Program-made: the position numbers and the translations under genes | Notes under the pieces: model-generated | Database searches by the model: none | Seen by the model: the letters and a program-made list of their open reading frames with translations, nothing else | What the model was told of the DNA's origin: nothing | DNA from: a virus | Lineage: Duplodnaviria > Caudoviricetes | Direction: 5' to 3' (one strand) | Virus record (IMG/VR): IMGVR_UViG_3300049203_000318 | Coordinates: 1-63,524 of that record | DNA: 63,524 bases | Part shown: positions 1-9,204 of the stretch, one piece after another | How the letters are laid out: the number at the start of each line of letters is the position of its first letter | Position numbering within the stretch: the stretch's first letter is position 1

Positions 1-1122
1 TTAGGCCGCTCGCCGAGCCGGCTTTGCTTTATGGTCAGATGCGCGGAAGCGCTCGGAGACGTTCGCGGCCAGGCGCTTGCGGTTCACCTTGCGCGAGTAG
101 TGTATGACGGTATTCACATCCATTCCATTGATTGCGCCGATCTCGTGTGCGCTGGCGCCCAGCTCAGCCAGATGGTTCGTGGAGCACTTGCGCAGCCCAT
201 GGAAGGTATAGAGCGCGCGCTTCTTGCGCTCGCCGTCGATCACAACCCATTCGTAATGCCCAAGCTCGATCATGAGCTCCTTTAGGCGGGTCTGGATCTG
301 GTCAGGCTTAGGAAAGGGAAGCCCGAAGCGATTGTAGAGCACCGTCGCGGCCTTCTCGGACGGCTCTATCTCCTCGACCTCCCGCAGAAGCTCCGGGTGG
401 ATCGGGATAAAGACGGTCACGCCGGTCTTCACCTGGGTCAGTTCAAGCGAATCCTCAGCGGCCGCGAGTAATGCCTCACGTTCGATCAGGATGCAGTCGG
501 AGATGCGCTGCCCGGTGTAGAGGCCCAAGATCACCGCAAGGCGCAGCATCGGGCTTGCGTGCGCAAGAACGGCCTCAATGACGTCCTCTGGCCAGGGATC
601 ATGCTCGCCAATGCGAGGCCGGCGCGCACCTTGAGCAGGGTTGAAGTTGTCCTTGCGATATTCCCAGCGGATGCCCGCATCGATCAGCGTCTTGAGGTGC
701 TTGATGAAGTTGATGGCCTTGCCAGGCTTGGCGGCCATATCCTCGCTTTCCAACACTTCATCAATCATCCGCGGCGTCAGCGAGGAAACCAGGGTATCTC
801 CCCAGCGCTCGTTGAATAGCCGAAAATAATAATCTGTGTTCACCTTCGTCGAGCGAGCAAGCTCTCTGTAGGCCAGACTGCGCTCATATGCGGCGATCAG
901 AGCCTTGAACGAGCCGGTGATGACATTGGTCTTAAATTCCTCGACCTTCTTCTTCGCTTCCTTTTTCGCCTGATGCTGGCGCGTCAGGCGGGCATATTCG
1001 GTGGCAAAGCGAGGGTCGCTCGGCAGCGGCAGCGGCTCATAGAGCTTTTTGCCGTTTACCTTCACGCTGAAGTAGAGCTTGCCCTTGATCCATACGGTAT
1101 AAGGGAATTTCTGCTGTTCCAT
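1..1122 (-). CDS. int: Tyrosine recombinase / phage integrase
   Basis: Catalytic motifs TGQRISD, KTG, HGLRK and terminal HY. ATG 1122 (MEQQKF) follows the RBS GAGGAGGT. Confidence 0.93.
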   Translation of the reverse strand: MEQQKFPYTVWIKGKLYFSVKVNGKKLYEPLPLPSDPRFATEYARLTRQHQAKKEAKKKVEEFKTNVITGSFKALIAAYERSLAYRELARSTKVNTDYYFRLFNERWGDTLVSSLTPRMIDEVLESEDMAAKPGKAINFIKHLKTLIDAGIRWEYRKDNFNPAQGARRPRIGEHDPWPEDVIEAVLAHASPMLRLAVILGLYTGQRISDCILIEREALLAAAEDSLELTQVKTGVTVFIPIHPELLREVEEIEPSEKAATVLYNRFGLPFPKPDQIQTRLKELMIELGHYEWVVIDGERKKRALYTFHGLRKCSTNHLAELGASAHEIGAINGMDVNTVIHYSRKVNRKRLAANVSERFRASDHKAKPARRAA

Positions 1123-1132
1123 CGCAACCTCC

Positions 1133-1363
1133 TCACATAGGCATACCCCTCCTGGGATCTGCAATCCCGAAGCCGGAGCGATCATCCAGATACTCATCCA
1201 GGATTTTGCGATCCCAGAGCGTGTTGCCACCATCCCGTGTAGGAGCGGGATATATGTGCGCGTCAACACGCGAGAGAAACTTGCTGCGAGAAACGCCCAT
1301 GTAAAGAGCTGCCCAATCCGCCGGGAGCATTCGGGGAGTGAAAGGAAGCGTCTGTTGGGTCAT
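1133..1363 (-). CDS. Excisionase / AlpA-like DNA-binding protein
   Basis: 76 aa with AALYMGVSRSKF...YPAP...LWDRKILDEYLD; immediately upstream of the integrase. Confidence 0.8.
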   Translation of the reverse strand: MTQQTLPFTPRMLPADWAALYMGVSRSKFLSRVDAHIYPAPTRDGGNTLWDRKILDEYLDDRSGFGIADPRRGMPM

Positions 1364-1389
1364 TGCCTTGCTATGCGATTCTCTGAATG

Positions 1390-1426
1390 TGTGTGTCGGT
1401 TACCATGCGCTTTCGCCGACTGTCAA
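1390..1426 (-). promoter_or_regulatory. Promoter for xis-int with overlapping 20-bp motif
   Basis: TTGACA on the minus strand (1421-1426), followed by CGCATGG-TAACCG-ACACACA (1409-1390). Confidence 0.55.
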
Positions 1427-1462
1427 GCGGCGCAGAGAGCACCCACGCCCAAAAGCTTAAAT

Positions 1463-1705
1463 TCAGAAGCTGACGGAACACTTGATTGCCCCCCATATGG
1501 ATCGACCGTTGAAGAGACGGCGCAGCACATATTGCCGCGTCATTGAGACGAGGGTGAAGAGGCTGACGAACGCCAGCGACTGCCCAGCGTGCATCTGAAC
1601 GCCGGTGATCCAGTTGATCAGCGGGATCGACGCCAGCGAGATTAAAAAGCCAAGGCCGGTGTTCAAACCGGCCTCGATCAGACTGTCGATTTTGGACTGG
1701 CTCAC
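1463..1705 (-). CDS. Small phage membrane protein (SQSKxxSLIEA..NT..GF type)
   Basis: GTG 1705 with GGAG RBS; two hydrophobic segments. Confidence 0.7.
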   Translation of the reverse strand: MSQSKIDSLIEAGLNTGLGFLISLASIPLINWITGVQMHAGQSLAFVSLFTLVSMTRQYVLRRLFNGRSIWGAIKCSVSF

Positions 1706-1845
1706 ATTCGGCTCCAGTCTTTCGATCGCTTGCATGTGGGGCATTCCAACCATGAGAAAGCGACATTCGCGCGGGCGTTGTAGGTGTGGACGCAAAAGGT
1801 CTGCCTGATGGCCTTGCGAAGCCAAAGAATGAGATCGCCGATCAT
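1702..1845 (-). CDS. 47-aa Cys-containing protein (below the ORF-track cutoff)
   Basis: MIGDLILWLRKAIRQTFCVHTYNARANVAFSWLECPTCKRSKDWSRM; 4-bp ATGA and GTGA overlaps with both neighbours. Confidence 0.6.
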   Translation of the reverse strand: MIGDLILWLRKAIRQTFCVHTYNARANVAFSWLECPTCKRSKDWSRM

Positions 1846-2318
1846 GCAGCCTTCGCCTCGTCAAAAGCAGCCCGCGTCATGTGGACGATGTCGAGATTGT
1901 CCCGATTGAGCGCCAGCGGGATCAGGAAGTCGAGATTGGGCACGCGCGGCCGGCTGAACAGCTGTCCTGTCGGCACGGCCACAATCTGCTCGCTCTCCAT
2001 GGTGCGCGCGAGGTTCCACTCGTGGCTGAAGGTGCGGAAGAAATGCACCCGGAAGTCAGGGCCGCTCAGCGTCGCAAACTCACGCCATTGGTCTGGATCG
2101 GTGTCGAGGCCAGCCTCTTCCTTGAACTCGCGGACCATCGCGTCACGCGGCTGCTCACCTGACTCGATCTTGCCGCCGACTCCATTGAGCTTGCCCGCCT
2201 GCCATACTGGTCGGTCCTTTAGGGTCATCACGACGATGCCACCCATCGGCTCGAACATAAAGCCGCAGACATAGGTGGTGGGCTGGCCGGCGGAAAACAT
2301 GTCAGCGTGCCCACTCAT
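1842..2318 (-). CDS. NUDIX hydrolase
   Basis: Nudix box GGKIESGEQPRDAMVREFKEEAG. Confidence 0.92.
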   Translation of the reverse strand: MSGHADMFSAGQPTTYVCGFMFEPMGGIVVMTLKDRPVWQAGKLNGVGGKIESGEQPRDAMVREFKEEAGLDTDPDQWREFATLSGPDFRVHFFRTFSHEWNLARTMESEQIVAVPTGQLFSRPRVPNLDFLIPLALNRDNLDIVHMTRAAFDEAKAA

Positions 2319-2542
2319 GCGTGAGCCCGCCGTTCACGCTTTGCCTTGCGACGTGCGTTGCGGAAACGCCGGAGGCGCACGGCGGCCGGATGCTTGGAGT
2401 AATTCCGCCAGCTCTTGAAGGACTTCCAGAGCGCATAGACGATAAGACCCCAGAAGCACGCTCCGACCGTAGCAAGCGCCGTGTTGAACGCGATCGCCAC
2501 CGCCATCTGGCTCAATTGAAGAATATGACCCATAGCCATCAC
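2315..2542 (-). CDS. Small membrane protein
   Basis: Hydrophobic segment followed by an Arg/Lys-rich tail; GTGA overlap with the upstream gene. Confidence 0.55.
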   Translation of the reverse strand: MMAMGHILQLSQMAVAIAFNTALATVGACFWGLIVYALWKSFKSWRNYSKHPAAVRLRRFRNARRKAKRERRAHA

Positions 2543-2847
2543 TTCGCACACTCCGAAACGTCTTTGCCTGCCGCGAGGCGAGCACGGGCGCAGTTCCACA
2601 AGGCACGCAGGCCATTGAAGCGGAGCGCCAGGTCGCCATATATCTGCGCGGTCACAGGCTGGTTGATGGCCAAGGTTCCCATGGTGCCGTCAGGCAGCTG
2701 ACCCAGAGGCTCCGGGTTGATGTTGATCTCACTTGGGATTGCTGGCAGCGATGCTGGCGTCGACGGCGGAACGCGCAGTGTTTGCGGCGTCGAGCACGCT
2801 GTCAGAGACGCGGCAATCGCGATAGCGATCATCACTCGCGACTTCAT
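2539..2847 (-). CDS. Outer-membrane spanin (Rz1-like lipoprotein)
   Basis: Signal peptide with lipobox LTAC and a Pro-rich linker; starts inside the upstream i-spanin gene in another frame. Confidence 0.7.
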   Translation of the reverse strand: MKSRVMIAIAIAASLTACSTPQTLRVPPSTPASLPAIPSEININPEPLGQLPDGTMGTLAINQPVTAQIYGDLALRFNGLRALWNCARARLAAGKDVSECAK

Positions 2848-3172
2848 CGGTGATCCTTTGGGTCTGGGGTGAAATGGATAGGTGCAGATCCTGGCCACGC
2901 TGACTAGTGAGCGAGCCGATGACCGATGCGAATGCGTCGATCGCCTTGTTATTGCCGGCAGTCACGGCGTTGGCCTTATCGACGGCCGCCTTGTATTGCT
3001 GCTCGGCCCGAGCGAAGCCGCGCTTCTCAGCGGCCTCAACCAGATTGTCGCGCCAGCTGTCGAACGCCCACCATGCGGCGAACACAGCGACGCCAATCGC
3101 GACCGGTTTCCACCAGGTTTTGATGAAGGGCTTGGCTACCGCCAATGCACCAGTGAGCGCGCCGGGAAACAT
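2729..3172 (-). CDS. Inner-membrane spanin (Rz-like)
   Basis: Single N-terminal TM helix, helical periplasmic domain with a C-terminal Cys (YRDC), and an overlapping lipoprotein gene. Confidence 0.7.
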   Translation of the reverse strand: MFPGALTGALAVAKPFIKTWWKPVAIGVAVFAAWWAFDSWRDNLVEAAEKRGFARAEQQYKAAVDKANAVTAGNNKAIDAFASVIGSLTSQRGQDLHLSISPQTQRITDEVASDDRYRDCRVSDSVLDAANTARSAVDASIAASNPK

Positions 3173-3615
3173 CAGTGCGTCACCATCGCAGCTTTGATGA
3201 AAGCCGGAACCTCGGTGCCCTGAAGGCGAGCGCGCAGGAAGGTGACCGCATGGACCATCGCGTCACGATCGACCGCCGTGGCCGCGTCGTTCAGCGAAAA
3301 CACCGGGGTTCCTCGATCGACCATGAGGTTCATGACCTCCATCAGCTGACGGGCGGCCTCTTCTACGCCGATCAGGTGCTCTATCGCCCCATTGGCCTCG
3401 TCGAGCTTGCGCACGGTCTGCTCGAGCTGATCGCTTTGATCAGCGTAGAGGGCTGCCCACTGATCGCGAACCTCTTCGATGGTAGGCTTGATCAGAAGCG
3501 GCGAGGCAATCCGCATATCGCCGATCTTAAAACCATCGATATGACCGTTCACGTCGAGCACTACCTCAACATTCGAATTCGCCTGACGCCGACCACGAAA
3601 CTTAAACATGAACAA
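3172..3615 (-). CDS. Hypothetical protein
   Basis: Coupled ORF within the operon, 147 aa. Confidence 0.6.
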   Translation of the reverse strand: MFMFKFRGRRQANSNVEVVLDVNGHIDGFKIGDMRIASPLLIKPTIEEVRDQWAALYADQSDQLEQTVRKLDEANGAIEHLIGVEEAARQLMEVMNLMVDRGTPVFSLNDAATAVDRDAMVHAVTFLRARLQGTEVPAFIKAAMVTH

Positions 3616-3874
3616 TCTCCGGCTCCTGGACGGTCGCCGCGTCCATGTCTTTCACGTTTTGCAGAAACAGGTTCGCGATCATGAGGATCAGCGCGCGGCC
3701 CAGCGTGGGGTCAACGGCCCTGGCCAACGTCTCCACGCGAGCGGCATGCTCAGCTGCCATGAGCGCCATCACGTCATCGCTGACGTTGTGCTCGTTCAGC
3801 AGGGCGATGTCGGCCTGAAGGTAGCTCTCGCCGGCCTGTTTGATGAAGCTGCGGCGCTCTTCGCGATCCATCAC
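3602..3874 (-). CDS. Hypothetical protein
   Basis: Starts at the GTGA overlap with the kinase stop; helical composition. Confidence 0.55.
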   Translation of the reverse strand: MMDREERRSFIKQAGESYLQADIALLNEHNVSDDVMALMAAEHAARVETLARAVDPTLGRALILMIANLFLQNVKDMDAATVQEPEIVHV

Positions 3875-4470
3875 GACACCATCGCCGCGATCTGGATTTG
3901 CTGTTGGCGCCTGAGCAGGTGAAGGTTCGCGCTGACATTCAGATAATCCGCGACCGCCTCGACCACCCGGCGCTCGAGCGTCCACAGACTCCAGTCATTG
4001 AGGATAGTGGCTTCAACCCCGAAAGGATCATACTGGTCGAAATCGTGCTCTGATGCGGGCCGGTAGGGGTTCCGTATTTCCAGAACCAACCCACCGGCCT
4101 CGCGGATAGCATGGGCCTGTCCCATGCGCACACTGCCGAAGCTGACTGGAGAGCTGCCGTCGATTGATGCGATCGCACGCTCGATCCAGTAATTCGGCCC
4201 GTGTTCTTTCTCGAATTCCTTGCCAAGGTCGCCGAGCGCCTGGCGAATGGTGACGCTGTCACCATGTTCGGGTCGAAAGATGACCCGCTTCTTGCCTGCC
4301 TGGGTCGTGACATCGTCCCAGCTGAGGCCATATCGTTCCATGGTGGCTTCGCGCAGCGGCCGACTATCGTCGATGCTGCGGACACCAAGGAGTTCCAGGA
4401 AGCGCTGCGCAGTGGACTTTCCGTGCTCAGGATAACCACATATTCCAATGATTTTCACGGATGCAGACAT
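3871..4470 (-). CDS. Deoxynucleoside monophosphate kinase (T4 gp1-like)
   Basis: IIGICGYPEHGKST P-loop, followed by RQALGDLGKEF, YWI and IREAGG patterns. Confidence 0.75.
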   Translation of the reverse strand: MSASVKIIGICGYPEHGKSTAQRFLELLGVRSIDDSRPLREATMERYGLSWDDVTTQAGKKRVIFRPEHGDSVTIRQALGDLGKEFEKEHGPNYWIERAIASIDGSSPVSFGSVRMGQAHAIREAGGLVLEIRNPYRPASEHDFDQYDPFGVEATILNDWSLWTLERRVVEAVADYLNVSANLHLLRRQQQIQIAAMVS

Positions 4471-4490
4471 ACCAGCGCTTCCTGAAAGTC

Positions 4491-4736
4491 TTAGGCCGTC
4501 AGTTCGCGCAGCTTCTCGCCAACGCGAGCGGCACGGGCAGCGGAGGTGGCCGCTTCTTCAGCCTTGGCGACGAGTTCGTTCGCCTGCTTCGTCAGATCAG
4601 CCGCCTTCTTGTTTTCAGCAGCTTCGGCAGCGGCGAGCGCGGCTGCCGCTTTGGTCAGCGCATTGACCGCCTGATCGACGGTCTTGGTGGGGAGGAGCCG
4701 CGCGACCAAGGCGGCAATCAGGTTCGATAATGTCAT
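4491..4736 (-). CDS. Ala-rich coiled-coil hypothetical protein
   Basis: GAGGG RBS; 81 aa. Confidence 0.6.
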   Translation of the reverse strand: MTLSNLIAALVARLLPTKTVDQAVNALTKAAAALAAAEAAENKKAADLTKQANELVAKAEEAATSAARAARVGEKLRELTA

Positions 4737-4811
4737 CTAAGCCCTCGCTTGTGTGTGAATGCGTTGTTGTCGCCTTTGTGTTTAGCAACACACACAAAAG
4801 AGCGCAAGAGA

Positions 4812-5108
4812 TTATTTATCTTGTGGCGTAGATAGCATGTCGATGAGCATCTTTTTCTCATCGTCGCTCAACTTGTCAGCGTCGCGCATCATTCCGCGCA
4901 CTGACCGCGGAAGCGCGGCTACTGCCTTGTCCTGCTGCTCCAGGATTTCGATGAGCTTGTCCTCGGGCATGTAGAGCAGGCAGGCAGACACCACATCCGA
5001 AAGACGCTTGCCGGTCTTGTCCTTCAGCGCCTGCGCTCGCTCCCAAGCCGCCGGCGTTACCTTGGTGCTGACAGTTTTGAGGGCGAGTTCGAGGGGGATG
5101 TTGGTCAT
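4812..5108 (-). CDS. Small putative DNA-binding (ribbon-helix-helix-like) protein
   Basis: TVSTKV strand then two helices (PAAWERAQALK, RLSDVVSACL); coupled to the helicase gene. Confidence 0.5.
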   Translation of the reverse strand: MTNIPLELALKTVSTKVTPAAWERAQALKDKTGKRLSDVVSACLLYMPEDKLIEILEQQDKAVAALPRSVRGMMRDADKLSDDEKKMLIDMLSTPQDK

Positions 5109-6664
5109 GCAGCCATTCCTATCGGGTTCGGACGCTGGAAGCCAAGCCCAGCGAAATCGAAATCCTTTCCGCGCGGGAGAATACCTTCCTTGAAACCCGC
5201 GGTCTGTTCAACGATCGCGCGCCGCGCCTTCGCGTGCTTGATCAGGTGCTTGTTCTGACCATCCTCGAAATCGACAATGAAGGCGAAGTTGGGCGTCTTG
5301 GATTTCCGACGCAGCGCACGACCAATGCGCTGGCGCACCGCAACCTCAGCCTTTCCACCACCGGCCAGGATCAGGATCTGAAGCGCCGGGACGTCCACGC
5401 CGACGTCGATGATGGTCGACCCGATGACATAATCGTATTCTCCCGTAGCGAGCTTTCGCAGCGCGATCTTGCGCTTGTCCTTGCCGCTGTCGCCGAAGAT
5501 GAACGTGCCCTTGAGGCCGCACTGCTGGAGTAGATCGTGAAGGATCTTGCCGTGCTTTTGGCGCTTCACCAGGATGCCGACCGGCAGACCCCATCGTGAG
5601 CCCCGGATCGTCTCTGCGCATATGTATTTGTTGCGGATCGTGTTGTTCATGATCCCGAGCTCTTCCGCCTTCTGCCAGGCGGTGCCGCGGCGAAGTGTGG
5701 TCGGCTGCTCCTTCGGGCCGATAGGAATGAACTTGAACCAAGGCTTGGCGAGAATGCCGCAACCGATCAAATATTCCTCTGTTACGCGCAGTCGGATAGG
5801 GCCAAACATCCCAACCAACCGTAGATCGCTTTCGCCGTCCCGCATCATCGGAGTTGCAGTCAACCCCAGACGGTAATGCGCCTTGCGGCAGGCCTTGAGC
5901 ACCTCGTAATAGCCGTTGCCGCCGGCCTCGTGCGCCTCTTCACCGATCACGAACTCCACGCCATCCAGAAACGCGATCGTTTCATCATAGCGGCGCTGCC
6001 ATCGTTCGGTCGCAGCGAGCTGCGCCTCCTGGGTCGCTTTAGGATCGGCCGTGAACGGCGCCAGCCGGTCAGCGACCGTGGGGATCATGACGCATACGAC
6101 ATCGCCGCTGGTATCCCACTGGCTGTCGCCCACATACGATACCTTGAAGCCCATCTCCTCGAGCGCTTCGCCCATCTGGTAGAAGAGGGCGGTGCGCGTG
6201 GTGACGAATGCAGTCTTGCGCCCAATGCGCTTGATGCAGAGCGCAGCGACCCGGCTCTTGCCACCACCGGTGGCGATCTGCGCGATGTAGCTGCCATGCT
6301 TCTCGAGCAGCTTCACGGCCTTGAATTGATAGGCGCGGTTCTCATCTGCGGGGAAGCTGTCGACGATCGGATTGTCGAGCGTCGGCATCGGCCCCAGCGG
6401 CATTGGCAGGGGGTGTTTGACCATCTGGGCCTGCCAGCCCTTCTGTTGAAGCACCGTCAGGGCGGTTGTGACGAATCCCGCGGGGAATTTGCCGGAGGCC
6501 CAATCGTAGAGCGTTGACCGGCCATCCCATCCGCCCATACCCATATGCTCGTGCCCCTCAACGAGGAAGGACATGGCGTCGGAGAGGGCAAGCCTGGTGG
6601 GATCGTCGATCCCTTCGACCTTAGCCACTACGGGGTTTGCGAGCACGCGAGCGATTCTTGTCAT
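5105..6664 (-). CDS. SF2 DEAD/H-like helicase (UvsW/Rad25-like)
   Basis: ATGGGKS, EEAH, GLTATP, GVDVP and QRIGRALR motifs. Confidence 0.92.
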   Translation of the reverse strand: MTRIARVLANPVVAKVEGIDDPTRLALSDAMSFLVEGHEHMGMGGWDGRSTLYDWASGKFPAGFVTTALTVLQQKGWQAQMVKHPLPMPLGPMPTLDNPIVDSFPADENRAYQFKAVKLLEKHGSYIAQIATGGGKSRVAALCIKRIGRKTAFVTTRTALFYQMGEALEEMGFKVSYVGDSQWDTSGDVVCVMIPTVADRLAPFTADPKATQEAQLAATERWQRRYDETIAFLDGVEFVIGEEAHEAGGNGYYEVLKACRKAHYRLGLTATPMMRDGESDLRLVGMFGPIRLRVTEEYLIGCGILAKPWFKFIPIGPKEQPTTLRRGTAWQKAEELGIMNNTIRNKYICAETIRGSRWGLPVGILVKRQKHGKILHDLLQQCGLKGTFIFGDSGKDKRKIALRKLATGEYDYVIGSTIIDVGVDVPALQILILAGGGKAEVAVRQRIGRALRRKSKTPNFAFIVDFEDGQNKHLIKHAKARRAIVEQTAGFKEGILPRGKDFDFAGLGFQRPNPIGMAA

Positions 6665-6795
6665 TGTGTTATATTACACACAATAGAAAGATATGTCGAG
6701 TAGCAGCTAGCGCGGTAAGTTTCTGTTGGTAATCCATTTCGATGCAAACTTTTCTCTTCCGCATGGTCCGAAATGTGTGTAGGATGACACACACA
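6663..6795. promoter_or_regulatory. Divergent promoter region with two copies of the 20-bp motif
   Basis: ATTGTGT-TATATT-ACACACA (6663-6682) and TGTGTGT-AGGATG-ACACACA (6774-6793) at the strand switch. Confidence 0.6.
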
Positions 6796-6815
6796 AGGAA
6801 GAGGTCAGAACCCTG

Positions 6816-7487
6816 ATGAAATTCGAATTGCGAGATCCACGCACGATCGAATCGAGCCCCTGGAACGCCAACGTCGTGAGCCATGAAAACGAGGAGAAGC
6901 TGCGCGCATCGATCGAGCGGCACGGCATGTTCAAGCCGATCCTTGTTCGTGAGATCGGGCCGGCGTCTCGGCTCCAGTGCATCGGCGGCTGGCACCGGTG
7001 CGAGCAAGCCATTGAGCTTGGCTACGATGAAATTCCCACCATCAACCTGGGCGAGATCAGCGACGAGAAGGCGAAGGAAATCAGCCTGGCCGACAATGCC
7101 CGCTACGGCATCGACGACACGCTGAAGCTGTCGGAGCTGCTTGAGGAACTGGACGCCGCGGCGCTCGAGGCCGTGCTTCCCTGGAGCCAGCGCGACCTCG
7201 CGGCGATCACACAGAGCCTCACGGTGGACATCGACGACCTCGATCTCGACGAGCCGAGCGTCGACAACGATGCCGATGATGAGGAGCCGGAAGAGGCCGC
7301 CCCCAAAGCCTCCAAGACCCATCAAACGATGCGCTTCCGCAACTCGCTGACTGATGCAGCGCGGATCGCAGACCTGATCACCAAGACGATGCGTGAGCAG
7401 GGCTTCACCAAGGAAGACGACCTGACGAACGCCGGCGATGCGCTGGCTTACCTGCTGCTTAAGGACGACAGCAATGCCGCTGATTGA
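6816..7487 (+). CDS. ParB/Srx-like N-terminal domain protein 1
   Basis: PWNAN, LRASIERHGMFKPILVR, IGGWHR and LADN motifs, then an acidic linker. Confidence 0.85.
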   Translation: MKFELRDPRTIESSPWNANVVSHENEEKLRASIERHGMFKPILVREIGPASRLQCIGGWHRCEQAIELGYDEIPTINLGEISDEKAKEISLADNARYGIDDTLKLSELLEELDAAALEAVLPWSQRDLAAITQSLTVDIDDLDLDEPSVDNDADDEEPEEAAPKASKTHQTMRFRNSLTDAARIADLITKTMREQGFTKEDDLTNAGDALAYLLLKDDSNAAD

Positions 7488-7647
7488 CGACCTGGATGAC
7501 GAACCCGAGATCCTCGACCACTGGAAGTTCGACGATTGCTCGACGTGCTTGAACCGCCTCAAGGTTCGCACTTGCCGAGCCTGCGACAGCGGGGAATTTT
7601 TCGAAGAGGCTGAGCCGGCCGGCCTCGATACCCTCTTCCACGATTGA
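7474..7647 (+). CDS. Small CxxC-CxxC protein
   Basis: MPLIDD...CSTC...CRACDSG; AAGGA upstream. Confidence 0.6.
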   Translation: MPLIDDLDDEPEILDHWKFDDCSTCLNRLKVRTCRACDSGEFFEEAEPAGLDTLFHD

Positions 7648-7652
7648 GGTGC

Positions 7653-8339
7653 ATGGTGAGCAACACACAAACATCTGACCCGTATGATCTGGTAAAGCTG
7701 CCCACGGAGATGTGGGACGTCGATAAGGTCAAGCCTTACCACCGCAACACCAAGGTCCATTCGCCGGCACATATCGCCAAGCTGAAGAAGTCGATCGCCG
7801 CGGACGGCCTGTTCGACGCGCTCATCGTGGATTTCGAAGGCTATCTGATCGCCGGCCATGGTCGTTACGAGGCACTCGTATCTCTGGGTCACACTCAGGT
7901 TCCGGTGAAGCATGCGGCCCACCTCACCAAGAACCAGGCTGACGCGGCGCGCATCGCGCACAACAAAACCGCCTCTACCGAATATGACAGTGGCTTCATG
8001 GCCGAAGAGCTGCGGCGCCTGTCCGAGGCCGACGACGTCGACGTAACGGCGCTTGGCTTCGAGGATCACGAGCTTGAATTCCTGGTCGAGGATCTGGGCG
8101 ACATGGACATGTCGGCGATCTCCCAGGATCTTGATGCGGACATCGACGCGCAGGACGAGGAAACCGAGCGCAAGGTGACCGCGACCGACAGCTCCGAAGA
8201 GAAGCTGGTCAAGGTGCTGGGCTTTAACACCATTCCGATTGCTGCGGCAAAAGACGTTCGTCGCTTCCTGGCTCAGATCGAGGCCGACACCGGACTCAAA
8301 GGGGCAGAGGCCTTCGTGGAATTCTGCCGTGGAAGGTGA
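7653..8339 (+). CDS. ParB/Srx-like N-terminal domain protein 2
   Basis: KPYHRNTKVH, LIAGHGR and RIAHNK motifs. Start position is uncertain. Confidence 0.85.
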   Translation: MVSNTQTSDPYDLVKLPTEMWDVDKVKPYHRNTKVHSPAHIAKLKKSIAADGLFDALIVDFEGYLIAGHGRYEALVSLGHTQVPVKHAAHLTKNQADAARIAHNKTASTEYDSGFMAEELRRLSEADDVDVTALGFEDHELEFLVEDLGDMDMSAISQDLDADIDAQDEETERKVTATDSSEEKLVKVLGFNTIPIAAAKDVRRFLAQIEADTGLKGAEAFVEFCRGR

Positions 8340-8342
8340 CCG

Positions 8343-8570
8343 ATGGCATTCTGGAGGGATCTTGCGGAATGGCTCCGAGACTGTCCCATCAGTCCTTTCA
8401 AGCGGGTTCGACATTCCGGCGAACCAGATGAGGCGGCTGGAGGCGTCGGCTGGGAAGATTGGTCCGACGAGGAAGAGTGGATCGCCAGCCAGGAAGATTG
8501 GGAGCCGATCGACACCAATGAGGGCGGATATGCCGAAGATGTGTTCCTGAAGGATCGACATGAAAATTGA
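8343..8570 (+). CDS. Highly acidic, Trp-rich small protein
   Basis: WEDWSDEEEWIASQEDWEPID; GGAAGG RBS. Confidence 0.55.
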   Translation: MAFWRDLAEWLRDCPISPFKRVRHSGEPDEAAGGVGWEDWSDEEEWIASQEDWEPIDTNEGGYAEDVFLKDRHEN

Positions 8571-9204
8571 ACTGCACAAATCATTCTCGACCCGCACCGA
8601 GCGGTCGGAGCGCGTCATCAAGGTGGCTGAGGCGTTCGGCCTGGGCCTAGAGGATCGCGAATTTACCGTGCTCGACGGTGTTGAGCTCGAGGTAAACCGC
8701 GGCGACGTGATCTACATTTGCGGCCAGTCTGGGGCCGGCAAATCCGTTCTCCTCCGGGAGCTGGCTCAGAAGCTCGAAGAGAATGGCGACCGGGTTGTCT
8801 CGATCGATGGGGTCGAACTGCTCGACAAGCCGCTGATAGACCAGCTGGGCGGGGATGGTCTGGCTGACGCCATCCGTCTGCTCTCGATTGCTGGCCTGTC
8901 CGACGCCTACCTCTACGTTCGCAAGCCCGCTGAACTGAGCGACGGGCAGCGCTATCGCTTCCGATTGGCCAAGCTGATCGAGGGTGATGCTGACGTGTGG
9001 GTGGCTGACGAATTCGGCGCTGTTCTGGATCGCGTCACTGCCAAGATCGTCGCGTGGAACCTGGCCAAGGTTGCCCGCTCGCTCGGCAAAACACTGATCG
9101 TCGCAACCACCCACACTGACCTCCAAGAGGAACTTGCCCCGTCCCTCACCATCACCAAGCGCTTTCACGAGCGCATCAAGATCGAGACGCTGCATGGTGA
9201 CTGA
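8560..9204 (+). CDS. Soluble ABC-type ATPase
   Basis: Walker A GQSGAGKS, signature LSDGQ, Walker B VWVADEF and the ATTH switch. No permease nearby. Confidence 0.9.
   Translation: MKIELHKSFSTRTERSERVIKVAEAFGLGLEDREFTVLDGVELEVNRGDVIYICGQSGAGKSVLLRELAQKLEENGDRVVSIDGVELLDKPLIDQLGGDGLADAIRLLSIAGLSDAYLYVRKPAELSDGQRYRFRLAKLIEGDADVWVADEFGAVLDRVTAKIVAWNLAKVARSLGKTLIVATTHTDLQEELAPSLTITKRFHERIKIETLHGD

Noticed and set aside
6816-8339. Plasmid partition (ParABS) system
   Set aside because: No ParA in the window, and the proteins lack an obvious central ParB HTH; they resemble the terminase-associated type.
6669-8621. 650-aa minus-strand ORF (also 12573-13961, 26810-29314, 60282-61571 and similar)
   Set aside because: Antisense shadows of well-supported plus-strand genes in GC-rich DNA; no motifs.
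8560-9204. Membrane ABC transporter
   Set aside because: No permease or substrate-binding protein nearby.
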